Shown here in pieces: positions 63,947-64,000 of a stretch of 64,000 bases of DNA. Position numbers and translations under genes: made by a program. The notes under the pieces are model-generated. The model ran no database searches. It was not told the DNA's origin and saw only the letters and a list, made by a program, of their open reading frames with translations. Position 1 is the stretch's first letter. Each line of letters begins with the position of its first letter. Origin of the DNA: Patescibacteria group bacterium (lineage in GTDB: Bacteria > Patescibacteriota > Patescibacteriia > UBA10025 > JBIOWE01); the NCBI GenBank assembly GCA_044868145.1, contig JBIOWE010000006.1:14558-78557 (forward strand). Reading direction: 5' to 3'.

Positions 63947-64000
63947 ATGGCAGAGCTTTTTGAAAAGCTTGGCGTTGATTGGAAACTGCTTCTCGCTCAA
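63947..64000 (+). CDS. atpF: F0F1 ATP synthase subunit b (5' partial; runs off the window)
   Basis: MAELFEKLGVDWKLLLAQ. The call is positional, after atpE. Confidence 0.45.
   Translation, partial: MAELFEKLGVDWKLLLAQ

Overview
This window looks like a bacterial chromosomal segment at about 50% GC. Housekeeping genes dominate: seven aminoacyl-tRNA synthetases (hisS, argS, ileS, glyQS, cysS, metG, with tRNA-His beside hisS), smpB with an adjacent tmRNA, partial infC, rpsD, recO, typA, a DEAD-box helicase, acpP and the start of an F-type ATP synthase operon (atpZ-like, atpB, atpE, atpF). It also carries an unusually high load of small selfish or accessory elements. There are four free-standing GIY-YIG mini-ORFs plus one inserted in frame into a RibD_C/DHFR-like gene, a DUF559/Vsr-like ORF, a four-helix-bundle protein, and three families of structured intergenic repeats. 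This gene content (DUF559, GIY-YIG, four-helix-bundle proteins, many non-ATG starts) resembles a reduced-genome Patescibacteria/CPR-like bacterium, but that is an inference. The best candidates for undescribed biology are four. First, a three-gene operon (25.6-29.4 kb) with two paralogous proteins built only of 'homing-endonuclease-associated'-type DNA-binding repeats, translationally coupled to a ParB (N-terminal plus HTH) protein whose C-terminus is a DnaA domain-IV DNA-binding module. Second, a defence-island-like stretch (42.4-48.6 kb) with an AbrB-like/Fic pair, an EVE/PUA-like protein plus a P-loop NTPase cassette, and a NYN protein. Third, a four-member paralogous family of membrane-anchored proteins with a degenerate LytM/M23-like domain (52-55.3 kb and 60-61.3 kb). 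Fourth, a membrane-anchored ClpA/C/B-type AAA+ protein with an N-terminal zinc ribbon and a catalytically degenerate first ATPase domain. No CRISPR array or rRNA was seen. Several ORF-track entries are antisense or spurious; the clearest case overlaps the tmRNA.
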